IMG/VR virus record: IMGVR_UViG_3300032770_000020
Span: 3,284 to 67,283 of that record
Direction: 5' to 3' (one strand)
DNA length: 64,000 nt
From: a virus
The notes beneath the pieces are model-generated. The model saw nothing but the letters and a program-made list of their open reading frames with translations, did no database searches and was not told where the DNA came from. Both the position numbers and the translations under genes were made by a program. Below are positions 16,760-25,241 of the stretch, piece by piece. How positions within the stretch are numbered: the stretch's first letter is position 1; each line of letters opens with the position of its first letter.

Positions 16760-17329
16760 ATGAGCGTACTCACCACACTCCTCTCGGGCCTCGGGTCACT
16801 CACCAAGCAGGTGCTCGGCACCTACGCCCCCACGCTGCTCAAGGCCGCCGGCGGCCCGTTCGGGGCGCTGGCAGGCACCGCGCTCCAGGCCATCTTCGGC
16901 ACGACCGACCCGTCGGGCCTCGAGACCGCGATGGCCAGCATGACGCCCGACCAGGTCGTGGCGCTCAAGAAGGCCGAGTTCGACCTGCAGGCCAAGCTCA
17001 AGGAGCTCGGCATCAACGAGGAGGACCTCTACCTCAAGGACGTGCAGGACGCGCGCGCCATGCAGGTGGCCACCAAGGACCCAACCGTGGCCCGCCTGGC
17101 CTGGACCGTCGTCGGCGGGTTCATCGCAGTGAGCGCCGCGCAGCTGGTGGGCCTCGTCCTGTACCCCGATGCGGTGCAGAAGATCCCGCCCCAGGGCTGG
17201 CTGCTGATCGGGAACATCTCCGGCTACCTGGCCAATGAGGCCAAGCAGGCCGCCGCTTTCTACTTCGGGTCCAGCGCCGGCTCCCAGGCGAAGGACGCCA
17301 CCCTCGCCGATCTCGCCAAATCAACCTAG
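16760..17329 (+). CDS. Holin-like membrane protein
   Basis: D.QDAR.MQ, two hydrophobic segments and FYFGSSAGSQAKD C-terminal motif. Confidence 0.7.
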   Translation: MSVLTTLLSGLGSLTKQVLGTYAPTLLKAAGGPFGALAGTALQAIFGTTDPSGLETAMASMTPDQVVALKKAEFDLQAKLKELGINEEDLYLKDVQDARAMQVATKDPTVARLAWTVVGGFIAVSAAQLVGLVLYPDAVQKIPPQGWLLIGNISGYLANEAKQAAAFYFGSSAGSQAKDATLADLAKST

Positions 17330-17340
17330 GAGCCCATCGA

Positions 17341-17670
17341 ATGCCCCCGACCACCCAGAACGCGGCCGTCACGCTCGCCTACGCCGATACGCCAGGTTTC
17401 CCCGCCGGCTCGGTCGTCGACCACGTCTTCGTCATGGCCACGGCCAGCAACCCCGCCAACAGCCCGCCGCCGCAGATCGTCGCGCCCGGCACCGACAGCG
17501 TCACGTTCGATGACCTGGCGCCGGACACCTACCAGATTTCCGCCCAGGCCTTCCCGGTCACCGGGCCCGGATTCGGGCAGTCGGCGACCACCAGCATCAC
17601 GATCGCGGCCGTCGGGCCCGTGACCGTGTCCCTGTCGCTCCCGGCCTCGGTGTCCGCCACCCAGCCGTGA
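17341..17670 (+). CDS. Small Ig/FN3-like beta protein
   Basis: SVTFDDLAPDTYQISAQA FN3-like motif; RBS TAGGAG. Confidence 0.6.
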   Translation: MPPTTQNAAVTLAYADTPGFPAGSVVDHVFVMATASNPANSPPPQIVAPGTDSVTFDDLAPDTYQISAQAFPVTGPGFGQSATTSITIAAVGPVTVSLSLPASVSATQP

Positions 17671-17697
17671 GCTGGCGCTTCTGGCGCTGGCGATTTC

Positions 17698-17731
17698 ACC
17701 GGAGGCGGAGGGTCACACTCCGCCTGCCGGT
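17698..17731 (+). terminator. Strong intergenic hairpin
   Basis: ACCGG-AGGCGGAG / CTCCGCCT-G-CCGGT; poor U-tract. Confidence 0.4.
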
Positions 17732-17752
17732 TCGCATCCACGCGAGGCAACC

Positions 17753-18292
17753 ATGACCTGGCTGAAGGCGTTCCTCCTGCTGCCCATCTTCTGGCCGGTG
17801 CTCCTATTCGCCCTGTTGCCGAAGCTCGGGGCCGCGGCGACGCCACGCTACGTGCTGGCGCAGCTGCTCTCCTGGTGGGCCACCGCGATCGGCTGGGGTC
17901 TGCTCATCTACCCGTGCTGGAAGCAGCTGTGGAAGGCGGACGCCACCAGCACGAACACGGTGGTCACGGACCGCACCACGGTCGATCGGTGGACCTGGGA
18001 CTGGCTGAATCCTGTCTGGGGCAACCCGGAGGACGGGGTGAGCGGGGCTTACGCCGTCATCCGCGACGCGACGGGCAAGGAAGTCCCGGGCGGCTACATG
18101 CCGTTCCGGGACCCCAGGTGGCGGGCTTACTGCTGGAGCGCGCTGCGCAACAGCTCAGACGGCCTCAAGTACATCCTCGAGTGGCCCACCGGGCCGCTGG
18201 TCGTCCTGACCATCCTCGGGCGCCAGGTGCGCTTCGGCTGGCTGCCGATGCCCCAGATCAAGGGCTCCCCGAGGGTGCCAGTCCTGGGCTAG
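17753..18292 (+). CDS. Trp-rich membrane protein
   Basis: Two N-terminal TM segments; WGNPEDG and WSALRN motifs. Confidence 0.7.
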   Translation: MTWLKAFLLLPIFWPVLLFALLPKLGAAATPRYVLAQLLSWWATAIGWGLLIYPCWKQLWKADATSTNTVVTDRTTVDRWTWDWLNPVWGNPEDGVSGAYAVIRDATGKEVPGGYMPFRDPRWRAYCWSALRNSSDGLKYILEWPTGPLVVLTILGRQVRFGWLPMPQIKGSPRVPVLG

Positions 18293-18489
18293 CGCGGCCC
18301 TCTGGCCAGCGCCTCGATCGCCCTCCCGTAGCGACGCGCCACCTTGAGCAGCTGCTTGCGACGCTGCCGGCGCTCCCACTCTGTCGGGGCCGGGGTCTTC
18401 ATCGACTCGGCCACGTAGAGAAGCTCGTCGACAGCTTCCTCGAGACTCTCGATCGTGCGCGTGCGGTCCGGGCTATTCGTCGTCTTCAC
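18289..18489 (-). CDS. Hypothetical protein (66 aa)
   Basis: GTG overlapping the end of the upstream gene; helical. Confidence 0.5.
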   Translation of the reverse strand: MKTTNSPDRTRTIESLEEAVDELLYVAESMKTPAPTEWERRQRRKQLLKVARRYGRAIEALARGPR

Positions 18490-19129
18490 CGTCGTCCTCC
18501 TCGTCCTCGTCGTCCTGGCCAGGGATCGGGCCGAGGTCATCGACGCCCTCAGGCACGCGCGCGCGGCCGGTGGTAGTGCCCGGGAGCTCAGGCTGCTGCG
18601 CGTCGTCGTCATCCTCGTCGGCCTTCTCAGCCGGGCGGTCCTTGTCGAGCAGCTCCTCCTGGACGGACTTGCACTTGAAGCGGCAAATCTGGAGCTCGAC
18701 GTTGTCGCAGATGGCCTGCAGGTAGCGCCCTGGGTGAATCTGGGCCTTGCAGGTGAGCGAGAGCGAGCCGTCCTCGATCGAGACGTGCAGCACCGGGTCC
18801 TTGATCTTCACGTCCTTGAACTCGAGCTCGTACTCCTTGGCGCGCGGGCCGCTCGTCCCGTAGATGATCGTGAGGTTCACGCCCTCGGGCTTGCGGTAGA
18901 TTTTGAGGGGGCACAGCACGAACACCCGCAGGTGCTTGTCCCTGAAGAGGAAGTCGGAGAAGAGCGGGCCGTCATCCTCCGCGGGCACCAGCATGTCGAG
19001 CTCGGCGTGGCGCACCGGGAAGGTCATCGGCAGGTCGATCGCCTTGACCTTATCGTCGGGCCCGGCGAACTCGTTGCGGTTGTTGAAGGTGCCGAACTGG
19101 CACTTACGGACGCTGAAGTTAAAGCGCAT
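18473..19129 (-). CDS. Hypothetical protein with acidic tail
   Basis: RBS GAGAGGTCTCC-ATG (MRFNFSVRK...); GC3 bias. Confidence 0.75.
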   Translation of the reverse strand: MRFNFSVRKCQFGTFNNRNEFAGPDDKVKAIDLPMTFPVRHAELDMLVPAEDDGPLFSDFLFRDKHLRVFVLCPLKIYRKPEGVNLTIIYGTSGPRAKEYELEFKDVKIKDPVLHVSIEDGSLSLTCKAQIHPGRYLQAICDNVELQICRFKCKSVQEELLDKDRPAEKADEDDDDAQQPELPGTTTGRARVPEGVDDLGPIPGQDDEDEEDDGEDDE

Positions 19130-19140
19130 GGAGACCTCTC

Positions 19141-19644
19141 TCAGTTGGAAGGCATGGACTGGGTGATCGCGCGCAGCATCTTCTCCTGCGCGCTCGCGGT
19201 GGTGGTGATCATCATGACCAGCGCCTTCGCCACGTCGAAGGGCAGGTCGGCGCGCAGCGCGCAGCCCAAGGTAATGCCGAACGCCTGGCACATGGCGTAG
19301 ATGGCCCGGATGGGGGCGACGCCCTGGCTCACGGCGTGGTTGAACGTGTCCAGGTAGTCCTGGACCATGAGCTCGTATTCGCTGTTGAGCTCGACCTGGT
19401 TGAGGCGCGCGCCGCGGAGGTTGCCCAGGTTGACCAGCACGTCCTCGTCGGTCTTCTGGAGCTTCTGGAAGGACTCCTGGCGCCGCTCGTCCTCCTCGAT
19501 TAGCCGGTTGATGTACTCACCATCGAGGGCCGCCTGCTTGTGAGCGCCGCGGCCGGTGTACTCGGTGGGCAGGGCGACCACCCAACCGGCGCCCTTGCCG
19601 CCCAGCTTGGCGATCTTGATACGCAGACCCTTCGTGTGCTCCAT
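19141..19644 (-). CDS. Hypothetical protein
   Basis: RBS GAGGGTCTC-ATG (MEHTKGL...). Confidence 0.75.
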   Translation of the reverse strand: MEHTKGLRIKIAKLGGKGAGWVVALPTEYTGRGAHKQAALDGEYINRLIEEDERRQESFQKLQKTDEDVLVNLGNLRGARLNQVELNSEYELMVQDYLDTFNHAVSQGVAPIRAIYAMCQAFGITLGCALRADLPFDVAKALVMMITTTASAQEKMLRAITQSMPSN

Positions 19645-19657
19645 GAGACCCTCGTTG

Positions 19658-19777
19658 TGGGCGCGTCCGGGGAGTTGCACCCCGGCGTGGGCTATCCCGC
19701 TGCGTGGGAACACTGCCGAATCGCCCGACGGGCGCATCGACTACCACGCAGCCCGGCTGCTGCTTCGGCACCGCGCC
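19658..19777 (-). ncRNA. Candidate tRNA-like structured RNA with internal pseudoknot
   Basis: Acceptor-like GGCGCG/CGCGCC-CA; T-arm CCGGGG-TGCAACT-CCCCGG; crossing helices of 7 and 9 bp. Confidence 0.55.
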
Positions 19778-19781
19778 GCAA

Positions 19782-20033
19782 TTACTGCATGTAGACCCTG
19801 AGGACCGACCGGCCGCTGCGCAGCTTGACCTTGCGCACCGAGAACTTCGTGCCGTACTTCTTCTGCGCCCGGCTCGCCGCGGTGCGAATCGCGGTGTGCT
19901 GCGTGAGGTCGTCGCACTGGAAGTACTCCCCGGACTTAAGGCCGCTGAAGGGCCAGCGCTCGCGCCTGGGAGGTGCCCCGTCTCCCAGTGTGACGTTGCT
20001 CACGGTGACGCCGTTGTCTTTGTTCTCGACCAT
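19782..20033 (-). CDS. Small basic DNA-binding-type phage protein
   Basis: RWPFSGLKSGEYF...KFSVRK...LRVY pattern. Confidence 0.7.
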   Translation of the reverse strand: MVENKDNGVTVSNVTLGDGAPPRRERWPFSGLKSGEYFQCDDLTQHTAIRTAASRAQKKYGTKFSVRKVKLRSGRSVLRVYMQ

Positions 20034-20035
20034 GG

Positions 20036-20776
20036 TTACCTCTGGCGCAGGCCTTCCTGCTTCTCGACCCGGATGCCGTTGTAGACGCCCTCAACCTTCA
20101 CGCCGCGGGCAATGCCGTTGAGCTCGGCCTGGCGCCACTCGATGACGGTGACCGGGATCTTCCCGTCGATGATGGCCTTCAGGACCGCCATGGGCTCGGC
20201 GACCCTCCCCACCCAGGTCTCGGCCACGTGGGTCGAGCGCCCGAAGGTGTTGCTCCCCATGACCTTCGCCGGCGCGCGGCGCGCGGGAGCGGCGGTGGCG
20301 GCATCCAGAATCGCGTCCGCCGAGGCCGTGTGGCCGGCGGCCGCCTCGCTCTCGGCGAGCTCGAGGGCGGCTTTCTCCTGTGCCTCCCGGACCTTGCGCT
20401 CGGCCTCCTCCCGCCTAGCCTGGGCGGCCTTCTGGTAGGCGAGCATGCGGTCGCTCATGGCGAACTTGGCCCGCTTGTAGCGCTCCTGGATGGGCAGGAA
20501 GAGCGACTGGATGAACTTCGCGTAGTCGTCCACCGGGCCCTTCACGGCCTTCCTGAAGTCCTCGAGCTGCCTTATCCGCTGGTCGCAGATCGAGAGGTAG
20601 TCGGACCCCCTGCCGTAGGCCTCGTCCGAGTCGATGACCGCGCGCTCGAGTTGCTCCTCGAGCTCGGTGGCATCTCCCTTGAAGGGCTCGAGCGCCGGCA
20701 CCAGGTGCAGCGCCTCCACGATGGAGACGCCTGGAGCCATCTGAACGCCGTTGGGAACAGAGACCTGTTTGTCCAT
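20036..20776 (-). CDS. Coiled-coil phage protein of the recombination module
   Basis: ATG 20776 (MDKQVS); LEDFRKAVKGPVD, A/E-rich coil, GIRVEKQ terminus. Confidence 0.7.
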   Translation of the reverse strand: MDKQVSVPNGVQMAPGVSIVEALHLVPALEPFKGDATELEEQLERAVIDSDEAYGRGSDYLSICDQRIRQLEDFRKAVKGPVDDYAKFIQSLFLPIQERYKRAKFAMSDRMLAYQKAAQARREEAERKVREAQEKAALELAESEAAAGHTASADAILDAATAAPARRAPAKVMGSNTFGRSTHVAETWVGRVAEPMAVLKAIIDGKIPVTVIEWRQAELNGIARGVKVEGVYNGIRVEKQEGLRQR

Positions 20777-20796
20777 TTTGTGGTCCTCAGGAAGTA

Positions 20797-21489
20797 TCAG
20801 AAAAGTCTCGGGATGGACTTGGCTGGGGCTGACGGCGAGCGGTGCTCGCTCAGCGCCTTCATGAACTCGTTGCAGCGGTTGTACATGGACAGGATGTATG
20901 GCTCGTCCCGCTGGACCCGCACGATCACCGTGCGCATCTTCCAGTGCGGAGCGTCCGGGTGGTAGCTGATGAAAAGCGCCGACGGCGCCCCGTAACAGGC
21001 AATCTCGCACTGGACCTGCGGCTTGTGCTCCGCGGGCATCTGCTGGGTCCGGTAGACCTCCATGTGCTTCTCGAGCACGAGCGGGCACTTAATCTCGCCC
21101 GGTAGCCCAGGGTAGGGAACCGCCGGCGCCGGCGGGTCGTAGAGCGCGTAGAAGTCAGCCGAGCAGCCCATGAACGGGAACTCTGGGTGCTCCATGAAGC
21201 CGAGGAGCTGGAAGTCGAACCCGAGCTCGAGCTCCGCGTTCGAGCGGGCGATCGGCTCGTATCTGCGGCCGTGGGCGATCGCGGGGACGAAGTCGAGGTC
21301 GGGCTCAGGCACGCGCTCGGCCAGCGCCTCGAGGCGGAGCTTGTCGGCGAGCGTCTTCCACGCGCGCGCCCCACCGTCCATGATGATGTGCATGCGGCTG
21401 CCGGTGATCTTGCCGCGGCGAGCCATGTGCCACTCAAGCGTGTGCTGGTGCGGGTTCTGTCCTGGAACCGGAGTCGCAGCGCCGAGCAC
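20797..21489 (-). CDS. YqaJ / lambda-exonuclease family 5'-3' exonuclease
   Basis: EWHMARRGKITGS, HGRRYEPIAR, GCSAD, EIKCP, QVQ motifs; next to RecT. Confidence 0.9.
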   Translation of the reverse strand: MLGAATPVPGQNPHQHTLEWHMARRGKITGSRMHIIMDGGARAWKTLADKLRLEALAERVPEPDLDFVPAIAHGRRYEPIARSNAELELGFDFQLLGFMEHPEFPFMGCSADFYALYDPPAPAVPYPGLPGEIKCPLVLEKHMEVYRTQQMPAEHKPQVQCEIACYGAPSALFISYHPDAPHWKMRTVIVRVQRDEPYILSMYNRCNEFMKALSEHRSPSAPAKSIPRLF

Positions 21490-21491
21490 GG

Positions 21492-22556
21492 CTACTTCTT
21501 CTCGTCGGCGCCCTTGGGGTGGCGCTTCGCGTCCTCGGCCTTCGCCGCGGCGATGCGCTCGAGGATCTCCTTGAAGCGGCTGGCCGGGACCTCGGACAGC
21601 GCCTCGACCCCGTAGGCGCCGCATATCTTGCCCAGGTACTTGTTCACGTCCCGGACGTGCAGCTCGCTCGCCTTGCCCTCGATCTCTGTGCACTGCTCGA
21701 GCGACAGCTTCGGGGCATCGACCTCGGTGGCCTCGCCCTCGATCGTGGTGCCGCCCTCGGCCTTGTGGTCGAGGTCCACGGCAGTCTGGAAGCGCTGCCA
21801 CTGGGTCGATCCGTAGACGCCCTCCTCCCAGCGCTTCGACGCGCGCTTGAGGGCTGATTTCTTGGCCTGCTCATCGAACCACTTCACCCAGGGGGAGCTC
21901 GCGCGGATGTTCCCGTCGCGGTCCTTGTAGCTGTCGGACTGGTCGCGCATGCGGTAGATGTCGGCCGCCGGCACCCACTCGACCTTGCGCTCCGAGCTCT
22001 GCGGCATCTTGGCGCACACCCACACCCCGACGAACGGATTCTCCTCCGTGCCGCGCGGGACCATGACGTTGACCTGGTGGCTGAACGTGTCGCCGTCCGA
22101 GCTTCTGCCCATGGTGAACGAGTCGGCCTTGTAGACCACGTCGGTGCCGATGTCGTGGATCCCCGCCTGGGTGGCTAGGTACACGAGCCCGCGGTACATG
22201 GCGAGGAAGTGAGCCTCCCAGACCTTCTGGTCGCCGTTCCAGCGGGCGATGATCTTGCAGTGCTGCTTGATCGGGTTGAGCGTCAGGCCCACGTGCGCGA
22301 TGTTGCGCATGGCCGCGGCGAGGGTCTCGGGCACCACCTGGCGCATGCGCTCGTCGGCCATCACCAGGTCGCGAGCGAACGTGAGCTCTGCGTCCCAGCT
22401 TAGCGGCACGGCGTTGGTCTTGGTCACGTTGTCGAACGTCGCGCGCGCCACGGTAAGGTGGTGCGTCACCTCGTTCAGGGTGAAGAGTTTCGGGCCCTGC
22501 GGCCGCGCCTGGGTCTGCTGCTGCCGCCGCTGGGGCTGCGCCTGCTGTTCTGCCAT
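21492..22556 (-). CDS. recT: RecT-family single-strand annealing protein
   Basis: GLTLNP, MYRGLV.LA, VVYKAD.F, SPWVKWFDEQAKKSALKRASKRW. Confidence 0.9.
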   Translation of the reverse strand: MAEQQAQPQRRQQQTQARPQGPKLFTLNEVTHHLTVARATFDNVTKTNAVPLSWDAELTFARDLVMADERMRQVVPETLAAAMRNIAHVGLTLNPIKQHCKIIARWNGDQKVWEAHFLAMYRGLVYLATQAGIHDIGTDVVYKADSFTMGRSSDGDTFSHQVNVMVPRGTEENPFVGVWVCAKMPQSSERKVEWVPAADIYRMRDQSDSYKDRDGNIRASSPWVKWFDEQAKKSALKRASKRWEEGVYGSTQWQRFQTAVDLDHKAEGGTTIEGEATEVDAPKLSLEQCTEIEGKASELHVRDVNKYLGKICGAYGVEALSEVPASRFKEILERIAAAKAEDAKRHPKGADEKK

Positions 22557-22559
22557 GGG

Positions 22560-23264
22560 TTAAAGCCTCTTCTGTCGTTCGCGGCGCGCCGCGGTGATTA
22601 CTTCGGGCTCCATCGACTGCTTGAGCATCCAGTCGAGGTAGTCGGTGGGGACGTCGGTGTAGAGCATCCCGGGCTTGCCGTCCTTCGGGCCGTACTTGCC
22701 GAAGGTCAGCCGGCGCGGGATCCGCGCCTCCTCAGAGCGCTCCCAGAGGTCGTAGAAGCTCGAGACCTCCGGCATGTCGTGCAGGATCTCCTTGAGGAGG
22801 AGGAAAGTCAGCCCGCAGTCGTGGCTCGCGCTGTGGGCCGATTTCGCGAGGTTTCGCGCGTCCGCGGGCTCGTAGAAGTAGTACATCAGCGCGCCGAGCG
22901 AGTGGGAGTCGGCGTCCTCGTACAGGAAGCGCGCGAGCGCGAGCGTGCAGATGCGGCGGATCCCTGGCTGCGACCCCAGCACCTTCCAGTCGAAGTCGAC
23001 GTTGTGGCCGATCAGGTAGTCCGCATCGAAGGCGTGCTGCGCCGGACTCGGCCTGCAGTCGGCCAAGTCGGCCTCGATGATGTGGTGCGCGGCCATGGCG
23101 CCTGGCGCGATGGGCTTGGATGGCTTGAACCGCTGGACCGCGTAGGCCCCGGAGGTGAGCTCCTCGCCCCACGTGAACGCCCGGCTGTAGCCGAGCTCAA
23201 TGACCTGCGGCTCGTCGAGACCTGTGGTCTCAGTATCGACGATCACCGCGCGCGCTTGCTGCAT
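22560..23264 (-). CDS. DnaQ/DEDDh 3'-5' exonuclease (ExoX-like)
   Basis: IVDTETTG, GHNVDFD, ICTL.LAR, AHSA..D, C-terminal FGKY...DVP.DYL.W. Confidence 0.9.
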   Translation of the reverse strand: MQQARAVIVDTETTGLDEPQVIELGYSRAFTWGEELTSGAYAVQRFKPSKPIAPGAMAAHHIIEADLADCRPSPAQHAFDADYLIGHNVDFDWKVLGSQPGIRRICTLALARFLYEDADSHSLGALMYYFYEPADARNLAKSAHSASHDCGLTFLLLKEILHDMPEVSSFYDLWERSEEARIPRRLTFGKYGPKDGKPGMLYTDVPTDYLDWMLKQSMEPEVITAARRERQKRL

Positions 23265-23290
23265 GGTGAGACCTCGTTGGCGTTGTGACG

Positions 23291-23341
23291 CACATGCTGC
23301 ACCTTGTTGCATGTTGTTGCAAGGGGCGTATGATGCGCTCC
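23291..23341. promoter_or_regulatory. Divergent promoter pair overlapped by a 10-bp periodic GCAAC array
   Basis: Plus: TTGCAT(23307)-16-TATGAT(23329); minus: TTGCAA-17-CAGCAT; minus reads GCAACAACAT GCAACAAGGT GCAGC. Confidence 0.6.
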
Positions 23342-23530
23342 ATGCCCGGGGTCACCCACCCGACCGAGTTCACCTTCGCGCAGCTGGTGCGGCTGAGGTA
23401 CCTGGCTGCCCAGGACGCGCTCGAGAACCCGACGCCCCAGGCGGAGAATCTCAAGCGCAAGCTCACGGAGTACCTGAGCCAGGTGCGCGGCGCCCCGCTT
23501 CCGGAAGTCGTGACGCTGCGCACCGCCTAG
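23342..23530 (+). CDS. Small helical protein, possibly leaderless
   Basis: ATG lies 7 nt after the TATGAT -10 box; no SD; GC3 bias. Confidence 0.55.
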   Translation: MPGVTHPTEFTFAQLVRLRYLAAQDALENPTPQAENLKRKLTEYLSQVRGAPLPEVVTLRTA

Positions 23531-23572
23531 CGTTATCATCCGCGCGTCCGCCCTCTGACCGAGGAGACGACC

Positions 23573-23773
23573 GTGGCCAAACTGACGCCCACCGCGCGCT
23601 CGAAGCTATCCGCGAAGACCTTCGCGTTGCCCGGGCGGCGCTACCCGATCCCCGACGCATCCCATGCCCGCAATGCCCTTGCCAGGGCAGCCCAGCACGC
23701 GACGCCGTCGGAGGAGGCGACCATCAAGCGGAAGGTCCACGCGAAGTTCCCTGGGATCGACCAGGGCGGTTAG
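23573..23773 (+). CDS. Small basic phage protein (DUF6582-like)
   Basis: FALPGRRYPIPDASHARNALAR; RBS GAGGAG. Confidence 0.75.
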   Translation: MAKLTPTARSKLSAKTFALPGRRYPIPDASHARNALARAAQHATPSEEATIKRKVHAKFPGIDQGG

Positions 23774-23801
23774 CTCATCCAATCACGTCTAGGAGCTCAC
23801 C

Positions 23802-24101
23802 ATGAAAGGCCATTACCCGAACCTCGGTCCGAAGCCGCCCGCGGGCGACTCACCGCATCGACACCGATCCTCCCACCACTCCGACTCCTCGGGCGCCCAC
23901 GTCAGGGGCACCCATCACCACCTCTCAAACGCCCACCACACGGCCGATGCCGAGGGTGGCGAGGCGGAGGACCACGAGCTCCAGATGGGCGAGCACATGC
24001 CCGAGCCCGGCCCCTCGATGAAGAGGCCGCGCCACGGTAGCGTCGACCGCAGCGAGTCGATGCCCGGTGGAGCAATGGAAGAGGCCGGCGAGGACGAGTA
24101 G
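23802..24101 (+). CDS. His-rich disordered small protein
   Basis: RBS TAGGAG; H-rich N-half and acidic C-half. Confidence 0.65.
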   Translation: MKGHYPNLGPKPPAGDSPHRHRSSHHSDSSGAHVRGTHHHLSNAHHTADAEGGEAEDHELQMGEHMPEPGPSMKRPRHGSVDRSESMPGGAMEEAGEDE

Positions 24102-24111
24102 CCAGCCGACC

Positions 24112-24133
24112 GCCGGGCCCTTCGGGGCCCGGC
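24112..24133 (+). terminator. GC hairpin with UUCG tetraloop
   Basis: GCCGGGCCC-TTCG-GGGCCCGGC; no U-tract. Confidence 0.45.
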
Positions 24134-24142
24134 TACCTCCCC

Positions 24143-24343
24143 ATGTCCAGGTACCACTTCCGCCTGCACTGCGATCAGCGGATGGCCGAGAAGGTCGTCG
24201 AGATGTGCAGCGGCAACACCCACCACCACTTCACCTGCCACGCCTGCGGCTATCAGGAGCGCGAGGTGCGTACCCGTAGTGGGTCGCTCATCTCCTGGCG
24301 CAACCTATCGCGTCTTGCCCGTGAGGCTCAGCCGAGGGTATAA
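24143..24343 (+). CDS. Small Cys/His (zinc-ribbon-like) protein
   Basis: CHACGY motif. Confidence 0.5.
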   Translation: MSRYHFRLHCDQRMAEKVVEMCSGNTHHHFTCHACGYQEREVRTRSGSLISWRNLSRLAREAQPRV

Positions 24344-24345
24344 AG

Positions 24346-24375
24346 CAACGCCCCCGTTTTGAGGCGGGGGCGTTG
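24346..24375. terminator. 11-bp stem hairpin
   Basis: CAACGCCCCCG-N8-CGGGGGCGTTG directly after a stop codon. Confidence 0.55.
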
Positions 24376-24460
24376 ACGTGCCTACAGGGAGGATGGCACG
24401 AGAGCACGCGGGGAGGTCTTCTGGCGAAGGGCTTCCTGGTGCGACCGGAATGGTACCCCT

Positions 24461-24498
24461 GTTCCGTTGTTGCATCAAGTTGCGGGTTGTTACAACCC
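24461..24498. promoter_or_regulatory. Second GCAAC 10-bp array with palindrome
   Basis: Minus reads GTAACAACCC GCAACTTGAT GCAACAACGG; GGGTTGT-T-ACAACCC palindrome at 24484-24498. Confidence 0.55.
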
Positions 24499-24502
24499 TG
24501 CT

Positions 24503-24835
24503 TCCTCCCCGCGAACTCTCGGCCCTCCATCCCAGTCGGCCCGTCGGTGGCCGAGATGACCTCCGGTGCGGGGTAAGCGCGAGCTCACCCGCAAGAAGCC
24601 AGGGACTGAAAGTGCGCCCTGGGGGAAACCACACTCGCGGGCTGAACGCTATCGGGCGGCCCAAAACAAGAAGGTCCGAGCCTATGAGGCGAGTTCCCGA
24701 TGCCGCCCCTGGCCAGCTGCGCCGCTAAGGCCATCCCACTGGCGCCCGGGTCCGCGGTCCGCTGGCGTCAAGAACCAGAGGACGCCAGCAGCCCGCAGAC
24801 GTTTCACTCAGGCAGTCGCGAGAGTTTGTCGAGGA
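24503..24835 (+). ncRNA. Candidate ~330-nt structured RNA or origin element
   Basis: Closing helix 24503-24521/24819-24835 with G-U pairs; several nested helices and GNRA loops; no credible ORF. Confidence 0.55.
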
Positions 24836-24841
24836 CCCCCC

Positions 24842-24872
24842 TTGCGCAACAGGGTGCAACAAGGTGTAACAT
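24842..24872 (+). promoter_or_regulatory. Promoter with third GCAAC 10-bp array
   Basis: TTGC GCAACAGGGT GCAACAAGGT GTAACAT; -10-like TAACAT upstream of 24903. Confidence 0.6.
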
Positions 24873-24902
24873 CGGCCCGACGAACAAGCAAAAGGGTCTC
24901 AC

Positions 24903-25241
24903 GTGATACGCACCATCATCGACATCGCGTCTGGAATCCTAGCGATTCTCGGCATGCTCGCTTTCGGAATCATGATCGCCTACCTGGTCTCCGGGTGCTC
25001 CTCGATCGAGCCCGACGCCGTGCGCGTGGAGGCGGCCCACAACTCCCACCTGCTGCAGCACAGTCCCTGGCTCACGGACTGGTCGCGCGATCAGCCCGGA
25101 TTCGATACCGTTGGTCTCGACGTCCACTGGCAGCGCGGCCGCGCAGCGCTGGACGTCGGCGAGTACTACACACCGGAGTGCCTCGACGGGCAGCACGAGG
25201 TGTTCGAGGGCCGCGTGAGCTACGAGCTCTGGCACAAGTGA
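24903..25241 (+). CDS. Predicted lipoprotein / membrane protein
   Basis: Hydrophobic N-terminus ending in LVSG|C lipobox; beta-rich body. Confidence 0.65.
   Translation: MIRTIIDIASGILAILGMLAFGIMIAYLVSGCSSIEPDAVRVEAAHNSHLLQHSPWLTDWSRDQPGFDTVGLDVHWQRGRAALDVGEYYTPECLDGQHEVFEGRVSYELWHK

Noticed and set aside
24503-24835. c-di-GMP riboswitch, hammerhead or HDV-like ribozyme
   Set aside because: Could not match the conserved cores by eye; left as an unassigned structured element
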